DNA of 64,000 nucleotides from Ginglymostoma cirratum (lineage: Eukaryota): positions 58,418,051 through 58,482,050 of the forward strand of contig JAHRHZ010000013.1 of assembly GCA_024137785.1 (NCBI GenBank), written 5' to 3'. Each line of letters begins with the position of its first letter. Within the stretch, counting starts at the first letter, position 1. Below, in pieces: positions 11,905 through 24,920 of this stretch. A program made the translations under genes and the position numbers. The notes below the pieces were generated by a model. The model was not told the DNA's origin. It saw only the letters and a program-made list of their open reading frames with translations, and did not search any database.

Positions 11905-12459
11905 GTAAGTTTCTTTTCCTGTCTCCGGTCTGTTTTGCACGTGAAGAGTTCTAAAGGTGCAGGGATGCAGCAATGAAGAGGAAACGCTGCTTGGGGGGAC
12001 TGGGCCAAGTTAGTCTAAGTCCCGGGTCTCAGTGGCGCTGAGAGATGGGTGTGAACAGCTCGTTCTGGGCGATGCTTGTCAAGCGCGTCGCTGGGAGCAT
12101 TTCTCCAAATGAATGGGGGGAGCGTTTCGTGAAAGAAGCGGCCAGATGATCAGATGTGAGGGACATTTGCCAGTGTTCACCGGTTTCAAGGTTTAAACCT
12201 TCAGTTCTTTGACAACCGAGTGTGGATGATTAACTGTCCCGAGTCCCCGGGAGTTGTTCTGTTAGACCCAATTGTAATCCAGACTCAGGTTCCATGAGGC
12301 ACACGCTAACTTAATTGGTGTAAAGGTTTGACACTTTGAGAAAGGGGTTTTAATGAGACTGGAGAGATTGACACACTCCCCACTGGTTTGGGCTGGGATG
12401 TAATGTCGATTGATTTCGGCGATCTGGTTTAACTGTAGTTTCGAAACTCCTTACATTAA

Positions 12460-13741
12460 TTGCTGGGAATACATAACAAGAATTCACAGATAAAATGTCC
12501 ATGATATTTAGCCTTTTCATTTAAATTGTCACACATTTTAAAAGCCTTCATTATCTCTTTCAAATTTCTTTTCTGAAGCTATCATGTAACATTCCTTCTC
12601 GATGTTGTTGAATATACTTCTAGCGGTGAGTTGTCTACCTCTGGCCGACTTTCTAAAATTAGCCTGGAATGCTCAGAGATCGTTCATTGGCTACTCTGTC
12701 GGATTGATGAATCTGTTAAACTGCTGTTATATGATATTTGTTAAAGGGGTAGTGCTGCTGAAGAGTGCAGGAGAAAGTTGGTGAGTTTGATACCGCTAGA
12801 AACCTGGCGTTCCTCGGGTCTGCACCTTACAACCTAATAATTTTGAACCATAATATTTTTCGCAGTGTGCGCCTTTCATCATAGCTTCTTATAACGGATT
12901 TAAGGTTCTTTGTAAAAAAAGAACTCAACGAGGTGAACCCCAGGTTTTGTGTGTTCGAAAGTTAATTTAAATGTTAGGTAACGGGTAGATTTTGCCATCC
13001 GGCCTTCCAAATTGCTGTCCGATTTGATAACCGAATATACTGAGACTTACGAATCAGATTTAGACCTGCAAAGCATTTATTCAGCTCCCAAGGACGGAAT
13101 ACTTTCTGAGTGAGAAATGGAATGGAATTAGCACATCTATTAATGCAGAAACCTTGCGTCAAATACTGCCTTAGGATACACTTATTTACTGCAATTAGGT
13201 TCTATAATCTTAAATAAAGCGAATAAGTTTAATGTTATGACACCCGACTCAGCAAAATAATGCATTGTACATTATGTGACTTCACATCTGGGTGTATAAA
13301 ATTGTGCATTTTTCAACGAACAAGAAATATGCCAATAAACGTCATAGGCGACATAAAGTTAAAACAAAATCAGGCATATTCGAATATCAGAGGTGTATTA
13401 TAAAGTAATAAAATAGTATTATGTTAGGAACTCGAAGTTCATAAACTTTTAAATCACTTTACAATTAGAATATTAGATTAAGTGGTATGGAAACAATTTA
13501 TAGATATTCTGTTGATACAAGGTATTAAACCATTTGTTTCACACTACAGTACACTACTGTACGGTCTGCCACAGCTGAATGACTCTTGTGAAGCTTCCTT
13601 TAACCTATTGGCAAAGGGCAGATTACAACAGAGGGCTGACTTTTCCAAATGTATAGCTGCCAAAATGAAGGCCTCTTGCTGGGAATACATAACAAGAAAT
13701 CGCAGATAAAATGTCCATGATATTTAGCCTTTTCATTTAAA
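12460..13741 (+). repeat. 66-bp direct repeat pair (12460-12525 and 13676-13741)
   Basis: ttgctgggaatacataacaagaa(t/a)tc(a/g)cagataaaatgtccatgatatttagccttttcatttaaa, 64/66 identical. Confidence 0.95.
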
Positions 13742-14006
13742 ACTTGTGAAAGCAAATTTGATACTTCTCAATATAATATTTGGTAGGAAAAAAATGCTGA
13801 TAGCATTTACTTGAATAATAATTCCATACATGCATCAAATAATATCCTGATATAATCATACTCACTAAAGTTCACTAGATGGTGTATTGGAAATTCAGTC
13901 CTCTGTATTAACTCTAGAACCCATCAAGTCTCTCCACTTTGAGAAACATAAGGAAGAAAATTTCCTGCTGACTATTTATCGTCCTATTTCAGGTTAGGTT
14001 TGGTAA

Positions 14007-14565
14007 TCATGGAGTCATAAAGTCGTAGAGATGTACAGCACAGAAACAGACCCTTTGGTCCAACTCATTCATGCTGACCAGATATCCTAAATTAATCTAT
14101 TTATATTTGCCAGCATTTGGCCCATATCGCTCTAAACCCTTTCTAATGATATACCCATGCAGATCACTTTTAAATTTTGTCATTGTACCAGCCTCTATTA
14201 TCTCCTCTGGCAACTCATTCCATACACGCACCACCCTCTTCATGAAAAAGTTGCTCCTTGGGTCCCTTTTAAATCTTTCCTGTCTCACCTTAAGCCTATG
14301 CCCTCTAGTTTTGGACTCCCCTACTCTGGAAAAAGACCTTGATTATTCAAACTTTCCATGCCCCTCATGAATTTATAAACTTCTATAAGGTCACCCCATC
14401 ATCCTCTGATGCTCCAGGGAAAATATCTCCAGTCTATTCAGCCTCTCCCGACAGCTCAAACCCTCCAACCCTGGCAATATCCTCGTGAATCTTTTTTCTG
14501 CACCCTTTCAAGTTTCAAAACACCTTTCTTATAGGGAGACCAGAATTGAACACAGTATTGCAACA
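14007..14565 (-). mobile_element. CR1/HER-type LINE 3' end
   Basis: ORF 14097-14288 FFMKRVVRVWNELPEEIIEAGTMTKFK is the CR1 ORF2 C-terminus; ends in a ctatgact-type tail. Confidence 0.9.
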
Positions 14566-16088
14566 GTACCCCTGTACTGAATTATAATGTCTATTACTAA
14601 GATTAGTCCGTGATATTTAACCTTAAACTCATGAACCTTTAATAGATGTGTCTGTCCATGATAATGTTAGTAGGAGTGACTACTGCACAGTATTTGTGCA
14701 AAGAATATCTTCCATTATGTCATATGGCAAGAACATTTTGCTAAATGGGATAGGTTAAGAATAGATCTACCAGGTCAATACTGGGTATCCAGGGCATGAT
14801 GGGAGCCACTGGCAGCAGCAGAATCTATAATGATAATCTGGAACAGCATGGCTTGACATATTTCTCAGATTTCCAGCACCCTCAAACCATGGGAGATCAC
14901 ACCTGGCACAGAACCTGGTGCATTTGAAAATCAGGTACCAACCTGGTGAAACTATGGCACCGGACTCCACGCTAAACAGTGAAAGCAGCATTCTCTAGAC
15001 TGAGCTAAGCAATCACACAACCAGAAGTTTTGGTCATCACCCTGCCAGTGTTCAACCTATCCAATTTACTGCATGTTGTATCAAGAAGTGACAAAATAAA
15101 GCCTTTAGGAACCAACAACATTGCAGCTTTCATGTTGAAGATTGTATGGTACTGAGCTATCGGCACATTTAGCTAAGCTGTTTGCTTGCTGCTACAACAT
15201 GGGCATCTATCTGGCAATGTGGAAATAGAATCATAAAATGAATACAGAATTAAAGAAGCCCCAAGTCCAGCTCTCTGCAAGAACCACCCAGCTAATACCA
15301 CTGCCCTGCATTTCATCACAGATCTGCAATTTTTTTCTCTTCAGATGCTTATCAAATGCAGTTTGAAAGCTCTAATTTAACCATCCTCCATTAGACAATT
15401 GGTACAGCATTCCACTTCCTAACAAATTGCTGCATGACAGAAAAGTAAACCCAAAAAGTTGAAAATAAACTGTTCTGCCAATTGTCACCTTATTGGCCAA
15501 TACCCAATCACTAGCAGAGTGATAGAATGAATAATCAACAGTGCTTTAAGGCAACAATTAGTCACTAATACAGAAATTGGTGGAAAACTCAGCAGGTTTA
15601 GCAGCTTCTTTGGAAAGAAAACAGAGTCAACATTTTGGGTCCAGTAATCCTTCTTCAGAACTGACTTTTTTGGTTTGCTTACTCACTAATAATCGTCTCT
15701 CCAAAGTTCAATTTAGATTCTGCCAAAATCACTTGGATTTAGTAGAAATCAAATTCATGGTGTATACACAGACACAGGAGCTAAATTTGAGAGGTGAGAT
15801 GACCGTAATAGCTCTTGACATTAAAGCAGCATTTTAATAAATGGAGAAAATCCTCTTGTGGCTGAAATTATTTATGTGATTGTGTGAGATCAAAGACCTC
15901 AATATATGGTTATTGCTGTAGAATTTCTCAGGACATTGACGTTTTTAATCAACCTGTTCATATGTCTTACAATATAATCTGGAGTAGGTGGGAGGAGTAG
16001 GGATTCTAACATTGCACCACAAGGGCCCTAATTCTCAGAACATATTTTTTAAATTAAAAAAATTTGAACCCAGGCCTCCTGGCTCAGA

Positions 16089-16704
16089 TAAAAACTGAAA
16101 GAACTGCGGATGCTGTAAATCAGGAACAAAAACAAAGTTGCTGGAAAAGCACAGCAGGTCTGGCAGCATCTGTGAAGGACAAAACAGAGTTAACGTTTCA
16201 GGTCTGGTGACCCTTCTGAGAAGGGTCACCAGACCCAAAACATTAACTCTGTTTTTTCCTTCACANNNNNNNNNNNNNNNNNNNNNNNNNNNNNNNNNNN
16301 NNNNNNNNNNNNNNNNNNNNNNNNNNNNNNNNNNNNNNNNNNNNNNNNNNNNNNNNNNNNNNNNNNNNNNNNNNNNNNNNNNNNNNNNNNNNNNNNNNNN
16401 NNNNNNNNNNNNNNNNNNNNNNNNNNNNNNNNNNNNNNNNNNNNNNNNNNNNNNNNNNNNNNNNNNNNNNNNNNNNNNNNNNNNNNNNNNNNNNNNNNNN
16501 NNNNNNNNNNNNNNNNNNNNNNNNNNNNNNNNNNNNNNNNNNNNNNNNNNNNNNNNNNNNNNNNNNNNNNNNNNNNNNNNNNNNNNNNNNNNNNNNNNNN
16601 NNNNNNNNNNNNNNNNNNNNNNNNNNNNNNNNNNNNNNNNNNNNNNNNNNNNNNNNNNNNNNNNNGCTTTTCCAGCAACTTTGTTTTTGTTCTGTGTTTT
16701 TATT
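16089..16704. mobile_element. Penelope-like family B fold-back (inverted) insertion spanning an assembly gap
   Basis: Palindromic centre ggtctggtgacccttct-g-agaagggtcaccagacc. TSD cct(c/t)ctggctcaga at about 16075 and 16705. Confidence 0.8.
16266..16665. other. Assembly gap (400 N); identical-size gaps at 38073-38472 and 52793-53192
   Basis: Counted directly. Confidence 0.99.
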
Positions 16705-17559
16705 CCTTCTGGCTCAGAGGTAGAGACTCTACCATTATGCCGCAAGGATCCCCATATTTCTCAGGACAGCATTGTAGGCCAAACTTTATTCAGCTGCTTC
16801 ATTAAGGACCTCCCCTTCATTGCAAGTTCCAAAGTGAGGTTCCCTGCTAATGACTTACACAATATTCAGTTTTATTTGCAATTTCTCAGATAATGAATAA
16901 TAATTCTAAGCAAGCCTGGATAACATTAGGGATTGTTCTGATAAATGGCAAATTACAAGCTGTGCAAACATCGACCAATGACCATTTCTAACATGAAAGA
17001 GCTTAACTAGGTCACTTTGACATTTAGTAACGTTGTCATCATTAAATAGGCTCCTGGCTGCTTGGAGCTCTCCACCACAAGGTACAAGGGAAAAGTGTGT
17101 TGGAAGAGACCCCATTTGGTTGACAGGGTTTATGTGTAACAACACTCAATAGCTCTACACAATCCAGAACAAAGTCGTATGGTTGATAAAGACCTCATAA
17201 CATTGACTCTTCCACCATTGGAGTACTGTGACTATGAATAAAGTGTTCTGCAACAAGTTGCCAAAACATTTTTTGCAGCATTGCCAAAGTCAAAAACCTC
17301 CATTACTTAGGAAGACATAGATAATAGTTGCAAGAGAATATAATCAGCTTCAAGTCGTACATAATTCTGCGAGAACATATATCACCATGCTGGGTCACAA
17401 TTTGAGAGCTTCCTATCTATCAGCATTATTGGATTACCTTCACCCATATTAACTAGACCAATTCAAAAAGAAGGCAAATCACCACTCTCATATGGCAACC
17501 AGGATGGACAATAAGAGTTGATCTTGCCAGTGGTGCCTACAAACTAAAAATACTCATAA

Positions 17560-18330
17560 AATTAGAGTATGAAGGAATATTGAGATCAACGTGGAAGAAT
17601 TACTTGGTAAACTAAAGTGACTTAAAACTTCAAATTCCCTTAGCCAAACAGTATGCATTTTAGGATGATAAAGGATAAAACTGGAAAATTTGTGATCACC
17701 TATTGTCACTCTAAAGGAATCTTTGGCCATTGTTGACTTTATGTAGGACTGGAAGAAAACAAATACAATATATTTAAAAATGGATACCACTATAACCTGG
17801 CCAATTACATTTGAATTGACTTAACATCAGTAAAAGGATAAATTCATTAAAACTATTCTGAGAGATTGATGACATCAGCGTAAATAGATTTAGCTTATAC
17901 AAATTATGCCTCATATAGTTTGCTGCCTTCTTTGAAGATCTGATAGATATACATAGATAGTAAAACTCTTTATGACAGTTTATTTAGACTTTCAAAGTCT
18001 TTGACAAAGTTCCACTAAAGACTAAACACTTTTAAAAATAATGATATGTAGAATGCAGAAATGGGTAAAAACTAGTTCAGAGCAGAAAAACAGAGAACAC
18101 TAGTGAGGAATGAAACATAGCCCAAATGAGTCAGCACTTGAATCTCTTTTGTTTTGAATCTACATTAATGTTCTAGACGGTAAAATCGAAAGTAAATTTC
18201 TAAAACTTTCTGACAAGAATAGAAACAGACCATACAGTTAAAATTTATAGAAGAGTTTTAAATCAGCTGGGCAGACAAAGCAGCAAAGTAATCCATCACT
18301 TCTCATGCCTTGAAAGAAATGGTACAGCAA
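17560..18330 (+). mobile_element. Old CR1 RT remnant
   Basis: Remnants of VYLDF..FDKVP (17979-18014) and YIN.L motifs; many stops. Confidence 0.55.
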
Positions 18331-18354
18331 ACTCTAGGATATATAATGAGAACA

Positions 18355-18495
18355 GGTTTAGTGGGTGGCTATCTTAGATGTAGCATGACGCCACCAATAG
18401 GGGTTCAATTCTTGCACCGGCTGAAGTTACCATGAAGGACTGTTTACCTCTTCACTTGTGGTGTGGTGACCTTTAGATTGAATCACCACTAGTGC
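18355..18495 (+). mobile_element. tRNA-derived SINE fragment (third family; minus copy at 44605-44822)
   Basis: B-box ggttcaattc followed by gaagttaccatgaagga...gtggtgacctttagattgaatcaccac; reverse-complement similarity to 44650-44822. Confidence 0.55.
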
Positions 18496-18771
18496 AAATT
18501 TACCTTTTGTAATTAAAACAAGCAAATGCAGATCTACTGAAATTTTGTGAAATCTACATGAAGAATTGGTTAAACCACACTTAGGGCATAGGCTGTACTT
18601 TCCTGTATTGGACAGTACTTTGTTGGCTGCCTGATAAATATAGGAATTTGGGAACGGGAGTCGGCCATTCAATCTCTCAAGCCTGTTCCATCGATTGCAT
18701 CAGGTCAAGACTGATCTGTATCTTAAATCCATCCATTTGCCTTGAATCTGGTTCCTCCTCACTAAGCAAAA

Positions 18772-19055
18772 GCCTAGTGATATTGTCATTAGATGATTAA
18801 TCCAGAGATCCCAGGCAATGTTCTGGGAACCTGGGTTCAAATTCCGTCACGGCCAACGCCGGAGTTTGAATTTAAAAAAAAGGCTGTGCTAATTGTCGAG
18901 GGTAAAAAGTCACTAATACCCTTTGGGGAAGGAAATCTGCTGTCTTTACCTGGTCTGGCCAACATGAGTCTTCAGGCTCGCAGCAAGTTAGTCAGTTAGG
19001 GATGGACAATAAATGATGGTTCAGCCAGTTGTGCCAACATCCTGTGAATAAATAA
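18772..19055 (+). mobile_element. tRNA-SINE family M (decayed)
   Basis: A-box ctagtgat, B-box ggttcaaattcc, central ggaaggaaatctgctgtctttacctggtctggcc, tail gggatggacaataaatg. Confidence 0.75.
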
Positions 19056-19722
19056 ATGTTGAAAAAAGGACTTTAATAGATTGTTATTGAGATACTACCC
19101 ATTTTGCTGCACTGCCCAAAATGAATTTCTACCCCACTGTGCTCAATGCTTGTCACAGAATGACAAATTGAACTTTTTGTAAGGGCAATATTGGAAGGCA
19201 CTGTTAATTGAATGGGAGTTTGCATAAATTAGCTTCATCTCACAACAATCATGTGAAATGTCCACAAAATCCTCTATATCCATAATCGTAGCTTCCCCGA
19301 TGGAAAACTGCAGAACCGACAGGATATATAATGGGACATGGGTTGTGGATATCACCTTTGATTGGGTTGGCAGTGTAGGAGTTTGCTTGTTGCTCTTAAT
19401 TGTGCAGTAGACCTGCACACAGCCAATTAGGATAAAGTGCAATAAAATGTTACCGACAAATAGAGGTTGAGGACCCACTTATTGTCTGTCATCAGGGTTC
19501 TGAAGCCTGCAGTAAAATTCAGCCTGTTTAAGATAGCATATACAGGCACTTTGAAATGGTTAGCTGCGAAACACGAATGAAATTTCAGAGGAGATGCCTA
19601 GAGAGGAGACTTTATGAACTCATATCTTCACTTCTTATTTCTTTAGCAGATCAGTGGCTCGCTCTGTAGTCTTTTGATCTGATGATGCGTGTGTGTGTGT
19701 TACTTGCAGTGTAACTGAAATC

Positions 19723-19957
19723 AGAGCGATCATCTGTGAAATTGACAATGATGGTAACTATAAAAGAGATACTCTTGTAGATTGTTAAACTGAGGCTTTT
19801 AATTACCTTTTGATAGACATCAACAGGGGGTCATTGAGGATCTATCAGCTCCCCTGTAGGTAGCCATCAATAGGTAATTAAAGAGCTGGCATTTAGCAAT
19901 CAACACAACAACCACTGGCCAGATTCCATTTTTGTCAATTTCACAGATGGTGGCTCT
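19723..19957. repeat. 235-bp nested imperfect palindrome
   Basis: Outer arms 19723-19754 and 19926-19957 match 28/32. Inner arms gattgttaaa/tttagcaatc, gcttttaattacct/aggtaattaaagagc, ttgat/atcaa and acagggg/cccctgt are all symmetric about ~19840. Confidence 0.88.
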
Positions 19958-20214
19958 ACATTTTGATACATGGAATCAAGTACTGTACTTTTCCTCACCA
20001 TAGCAGACACGTATTCAGATTATTTTTAAAGCAAACTGTGGATCTACCTTCAATTCTCTGAAGAAGAAAACCCAATCTTTTAGCTGAATAGTAGTTGAAA
20101 AAAAAATCTGGTGACTGAATTATTAACCAGAGAGATGGTGAACATCCCTCCTATTCAATTCATTGACAGTTAAGTTTCTTGAGTAATTTGAGTGAATATG
20201 TTTTTAGTCATTGA

Positions 20215-20558
20215 TGGGATGAGGGTTTCGCTGGTTAAGCAGCATTTATTGTCCATCCCTAATTGCCCAGAGGGAAGTTAAGAGTCAACCACATTGCTGA
20301 GGGACTGGAGTCACATGTAGGCTAGACCAGGTAAGGATGGCAGTTTCCTTCCCTAAAGGACGTTAGTGAACCAGATGGGTTTTTTCCTGACAATCAGCAA
20401 TGGATTCAGAGTCATCATTAGAGTCTTAATTCCAGATATTTATTGAATTCAAATTCCACCATCTGCCGTGGTGGGATTCAAACGCTGGTCTTCAGAACGT
20501 TGTCTGTGTCTCTGGATTAACAGTCCAGTGATAATACCACTAGACCATCACCTCCCCA
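20215..20558 (-). mobile_element. tRNA-SINE family M, near full length (possibly MetaSINE-type; family name tentative)
   Basis: Reverse complement of 24921-25256: A-box ggtctagtgg, B-box-like, central aaaacccatctggttcactaa...gggaaggaaactgccatccttacctggtct, LINE-like tail. Confidence 0.85.
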
Positions 20559-20569
20559 CTTCTTGATAC

Positions 20570-21065
20570 AAAAGCAAAATATTGCAGAATTAAAAAAAAG
20601 ATACTGCAAATACTCAACAGGTCTGCTAGGATCAATGGGAAGTGAAACAGTTCATATTTCAGATCTATGACTTTTGTCAGGAGTAGGAGAAATTGGAAAC
20701 AAAATCAGAAATTGTTGGAAAAAGTCTCAGCAGGTCTGGCAGCATCTGTGGAGAGAAAGGATAAATCAACGTTTAGGGTCGAGTGACCCTTCTTCATAAC
20801 AGGAGAAACCAGAAATACTAGAGGTTATATAGAAGTAAATGAAAGATGAGACACCTTGGGAAAAGGAACAAAAGGGAAGATCAAAAATGATAGAATAGAG
20901 AGTAGGTGAGATTAAATGTCAGAAGTTTCCAAGAGGGTTTGATTTTACAAAACACTGGATGCTAGAAATCTGAATTCTAAACAGCAAATGGTGGAAACAA
21001 CCAGCAGATCTTTTTAGCATCTGTAGAGGGAAATAATTTGACATTTTATATCGAAGACCTTTTCA
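20570..21065. mobile_element. Cluster of three decayed Penelope-like family B copies
   Basis: Repeated ctcagcaggtctggcagcatctgt...aacgttt.gggtc..gtgacccttcttca motif and degraded versions at about 20570, 20695 and 20945. Confidence 0.7.
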
Positions 21066-24000
21066 TTGTAAAAAGAGCAGCAAATATCTTCCATCATAGC
21101 TGATCCCAGAATTAAGGGAAAAGTGCCATAAGGACAATTGGATCTGTAGTCTACAAAGAAAATGATTGAGGATTAGGAAACTCCTTGAGCTTTATTGAAT
21201 TGTAAATGGCACTAGTTGATGTGGAGTGGATTTAGTCATGGAAAAGTGTAAAATAATCATGTATATCTTGGTGTAATTGTCACTCTGCTTGTCTCCCATT
21301 CTTTCATTCTTTTTGCCTTCCTCTTTTTGTTTGTTTTTCTGCCTCTGATTCTCATTCAGTTTCTCTTCTTGTCATTTCTCTATCTTTTAGCCTGTACTGT
21401 ACTTCCCAGATCAGTGTTGTTATAGCAACAGCTGTGAGTATTGTTGTAAAGATTTCTTGGACCAATAATCACACAGAACCACGAATGTTAGATTTCTAAT
21501 AATAACATAGTAACATTTTCAGGCTGGAGAAGACTTTCAGTCCAACTAGTCCAACTATTGCAGTAAATGAATACTGTGATACTAACCCTGAGTCTCATAT
21601 GTTACGAAGAACTTTTTCCCACTACCCACTACTTTCTTGTTAAAACTTTCCTCCCAATGTCCTAATGGTAACATTGTATGAGTTAAATGTTGTTCACATT
21701 GATTTAATTTTTGAATGTTTTATATCAGCATCATGGGGAGTTTGTTGCCAAAAGGGCTATCAGAGCATTTGAAAATGTATGTTATTTATTTTATTTTCCC
21801 AGAAAGGAATGTGTTCAGCCATGGACTAAAGGCCAGTGTGAGCTTTTGTGATTTAGTGAGATAAAGTGGTTCATTTTCATTGTTTTGCGCAGCATTGAGA
21901 GGGTGCTACTGGCTGTAAAATTGGAAACGATCACCATAGCAATATGATGGCTTCATTTTGAAAGAGGTTTACCTCTACATGTCCAAAGCACCCACCTGCT
22001 TTGAATACACTTGCCAGTTTGATACCTATTGTTTACCTGCCAAATCTTTATGAATCTGGAGAGTCAAAAATCTTTCACTGCCAGAATTGGTGGCTGATCC
22101 GTACACTCTGTCAGTCAGTCTCTTAAGAATCATAATCAACCCCAAACTGTTAGCCTGTCATTTCTTTTATTCCTCATTATCAGTCAGAGACACTACCTAT
22201 AGCTTAGAGAATGGAATCATCATACTAAACTCCCTTTCTGTTTGTTACTATATTCCGTTATCACATAAATGCTATATTGTGTTGCTGTGAGTCATAACCT
22301 CTCTTATTGCTGTATCTGTGCCACTACATTAAGCACATTCACAATGTAAAGTGTGCATATACCTTTCCAAAATTACTTTTGTTGGAAACATCCTTCAGGA
22401 AAATCAGTGAATCCAGTCCAGAGTACTGATATTATCACTGGGTATCTCACATTTAATAGACCAAAATATTTATTTACTATCATCTAAGAAATTCATTGCA
22501 GGGAGATGCAGGCTTATTGCACTACTTTTAAGCCTTTCAGTGGCATTCTGTCAACATTTATATGCCACATGTTATACTGCATAGTGCACCTGAAGATATT
22601 TGATACCTAGGTTTGATTAACTAAAAAAAATTGATTTTGTAAACTGTCGGTATTGGCAATCTCTGAGGTTATACCACTACTATGCAGTATATTCCCTGAA
22701 TTTACCAGTAATCTTGAAAATGAGTGTTTAAATTTGTGTACGCTATGGCTGTTATGTGACATTATACAATTGTATGCCCTATGACATTTCAGTTTCATGG
22801 TGTCTGCACTCTTTGTCATCAGTGTTCATTGTATAATCCTACTCCACCTGTTTGCCACAAGGTAGTTGGAAACTTTGGAAACAAATGCTATTGAATTGTT
22901 AAGCATAAAGTAATAGTTGAAGAAATGCTCTGCAATCTGATTTTTGGGGCAGAACTTTTTGTTGGAACTTCTAGTAACAACCACTGCATGAAGGTATAAA
23001 ACTGAATTCAATCTTAACGTTCCATTGAAGGTCATTTTGGAACTGAATTACAAATCTAAAACTCACTGCCAAATTTCAGTGACTACATGTAATAACCTCT
23101 TCATGTACCTCACAATATGATTAATGAGCATTGTGTATGTATAGTTGTAAGAGTGTAATGGGTCCTTGTCTTGATTTTACTGTTTGCTGGCATATGTGCT
23201 GCATGAATCAAATGGATATTCCATTCAGGGTCAGAAACATTATTAATACCCCAACTGGATTGAAACATATTCACTTACCTTTAGATACCTTCTGCACTGC
23301 AAGCTCATGAACAGAGGCCTCCTGTTAATAACCTTTCCAGGAATTCAGCAGCAAAGGGGATCCACATGGAAACCAGCAGTTATTGTGCAATATTTTGTAA
23401 TTTAACTGTTCAGCAGCACAGCCAGACATTTTGCCAGTTGACATGAAAAAGTAATAATGTAGGGCAACTAAGGTGCCAGGTGGGTGAGGTAGGATGTCAA
23501 AAATGTGGAATGCCACATAAATGATGGTGTGCTTAGAATGGATGTGATTCGGATCCGGAAGAGGATTAGGCCATTGTAGGGGGAAGTTTTGGATCTGAGG
23601 CGGGGATGGGAGCGACCTTACTATGTTGTGTCCTCAGGGTATTAGACTGGCCTCTGGGAGTGTTAAATGCAACTGGAAAAGGGCATTAGCTGTGTTAGGT
23701 CTGGGTTGCTCAGACTCGCAACTGGGATTGTTGGGTCTGAGTGGGTCAGATTCAAACAGGATTGGTTGGGGGTTGGGAATCGTGTTGGGTTGGAATTGGG
23801 ATCTGGTGTGGATGGTTGTCAGGAGTCGAAGATGTCTAAGGATTTAGGGAAGGTGTAATGGGCAGGGAGATCAGTGGTGAGTCAGTTATGAGGTGAGGAG
23901 GTAGGGAGGGGATCAGCTTAACAGTTATCGTGAGTAACTTTTAACTTAGACAAGGTGGATGCATCTAAATTCTCCTCTTTGGGATTAGGGGTTACAGGAA

Positions 24001-24920
24001 AAAGGCAGGAAGATGAGTTTGAGAAACATATCAACTATGATCAAATAGTGGAACAAATCTCCTCCTATATGTTATGGTATTATGGTCTTTGGGAATGTTC
24101 TAGATGTAGGGGAATTGCCCATTGGAAAATTCAATTTCATCAGCAATTTCCATAGAATCAGCAATGTCTGGGACTCTGCATGGTTGCAACTCACCACTCC
24201 AGTCTACACAGCTCTGACTCTGGCCATCAGAATATCAATAAGTGTTGATAAACCCTGTAGTTCAATATCAAGTGAGTGGTGGAATAACATTGTGCATTTC
24301 TCCCTGTTGTATATCACAATGATCTCATGAATATTTCAGGTTATTTAGCAGTGAAATAGACAAATTTGAACTGACAACGTAGAAGCATAAGCAAGTCTAG
24401 TATGAAAAAAAATCTAGCTATTGTTTTTGTAAGCTTGCACTCTCCAATGTACCATGTGCAATTGTTTCACATTTGTGAAAACATTGCTTATAATTGTGGG
24501 TAAATGCCAAATTGCTAAGTTTTTTACTTTCTGTCCTTTGTTTTTGTGTTTTTGTTTTTAATCCTCTTTTGTAATGATTCCATAACTATATAACTCGATG
24601 TAATCCCTATTTTGAAAAAAAATCACAATTCAATTTTCTGAGGCATAAAAGCCAACAGTAGAATTCTGAGATGGAAAAAACACAGCATAATTTTTAGTAT
24701 GACTAAATCCACGTGGGTTGGAGCAGAGCCGTAAAGCAGAGAACATGAATAGAAAAATCAGGTATAGCCTTGCCACCAAATCACATTCTTGTCCCACATG
24801 TTTTGGGAATGTATTATCACTAAATTTGTTGTAATCTGTCATAAAGCCAAAAAACAATTTATATTGTGTAACTCTGCCTTGTTGCATAATTCAAGGGGCA
24901 TTTTCATTTTGCCAACAGTA

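Larger units (their letters stand above)
11440..12320 (+). promoter_or_regulatory. Putative promoter / 5'UTR / proximal intron of the channel gene
   Basis: TE-free, visibly CpG-enriched compared with the flanks. Contains (TG)n, (GA)n, (CT)n and (CCT)n tracts just upstream of the ATG. TSS cannot be located from sequence alone. Confidence 0.7.
14850..17550 (+). mobile_element. Heavily decayed LINE with several nested insertions; same family as 55728-56180
   Basis: RT-like remnants (QFRFCQNH, ALDIKAAF, FSCFIKDLP) and a 3' tail ggcaaccaggatggacaataagagttgatcttgccagtggtgcc resembling the tail of SINE family M. Confidence 0.6.

Noticed and set aside
16035-16893. Long ORFs spanning N runs (also 37998-38507 and 52564-53458)
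   Set aside because: Artefacts of translating 400-N gaps.
23690-23915. G-rich tract as G-quadruplex or telomere-like repeat
   Set aside because: GGG runs are irregular, no (TTAGGG)n array; looks like low-complexity interior of a decayed element.
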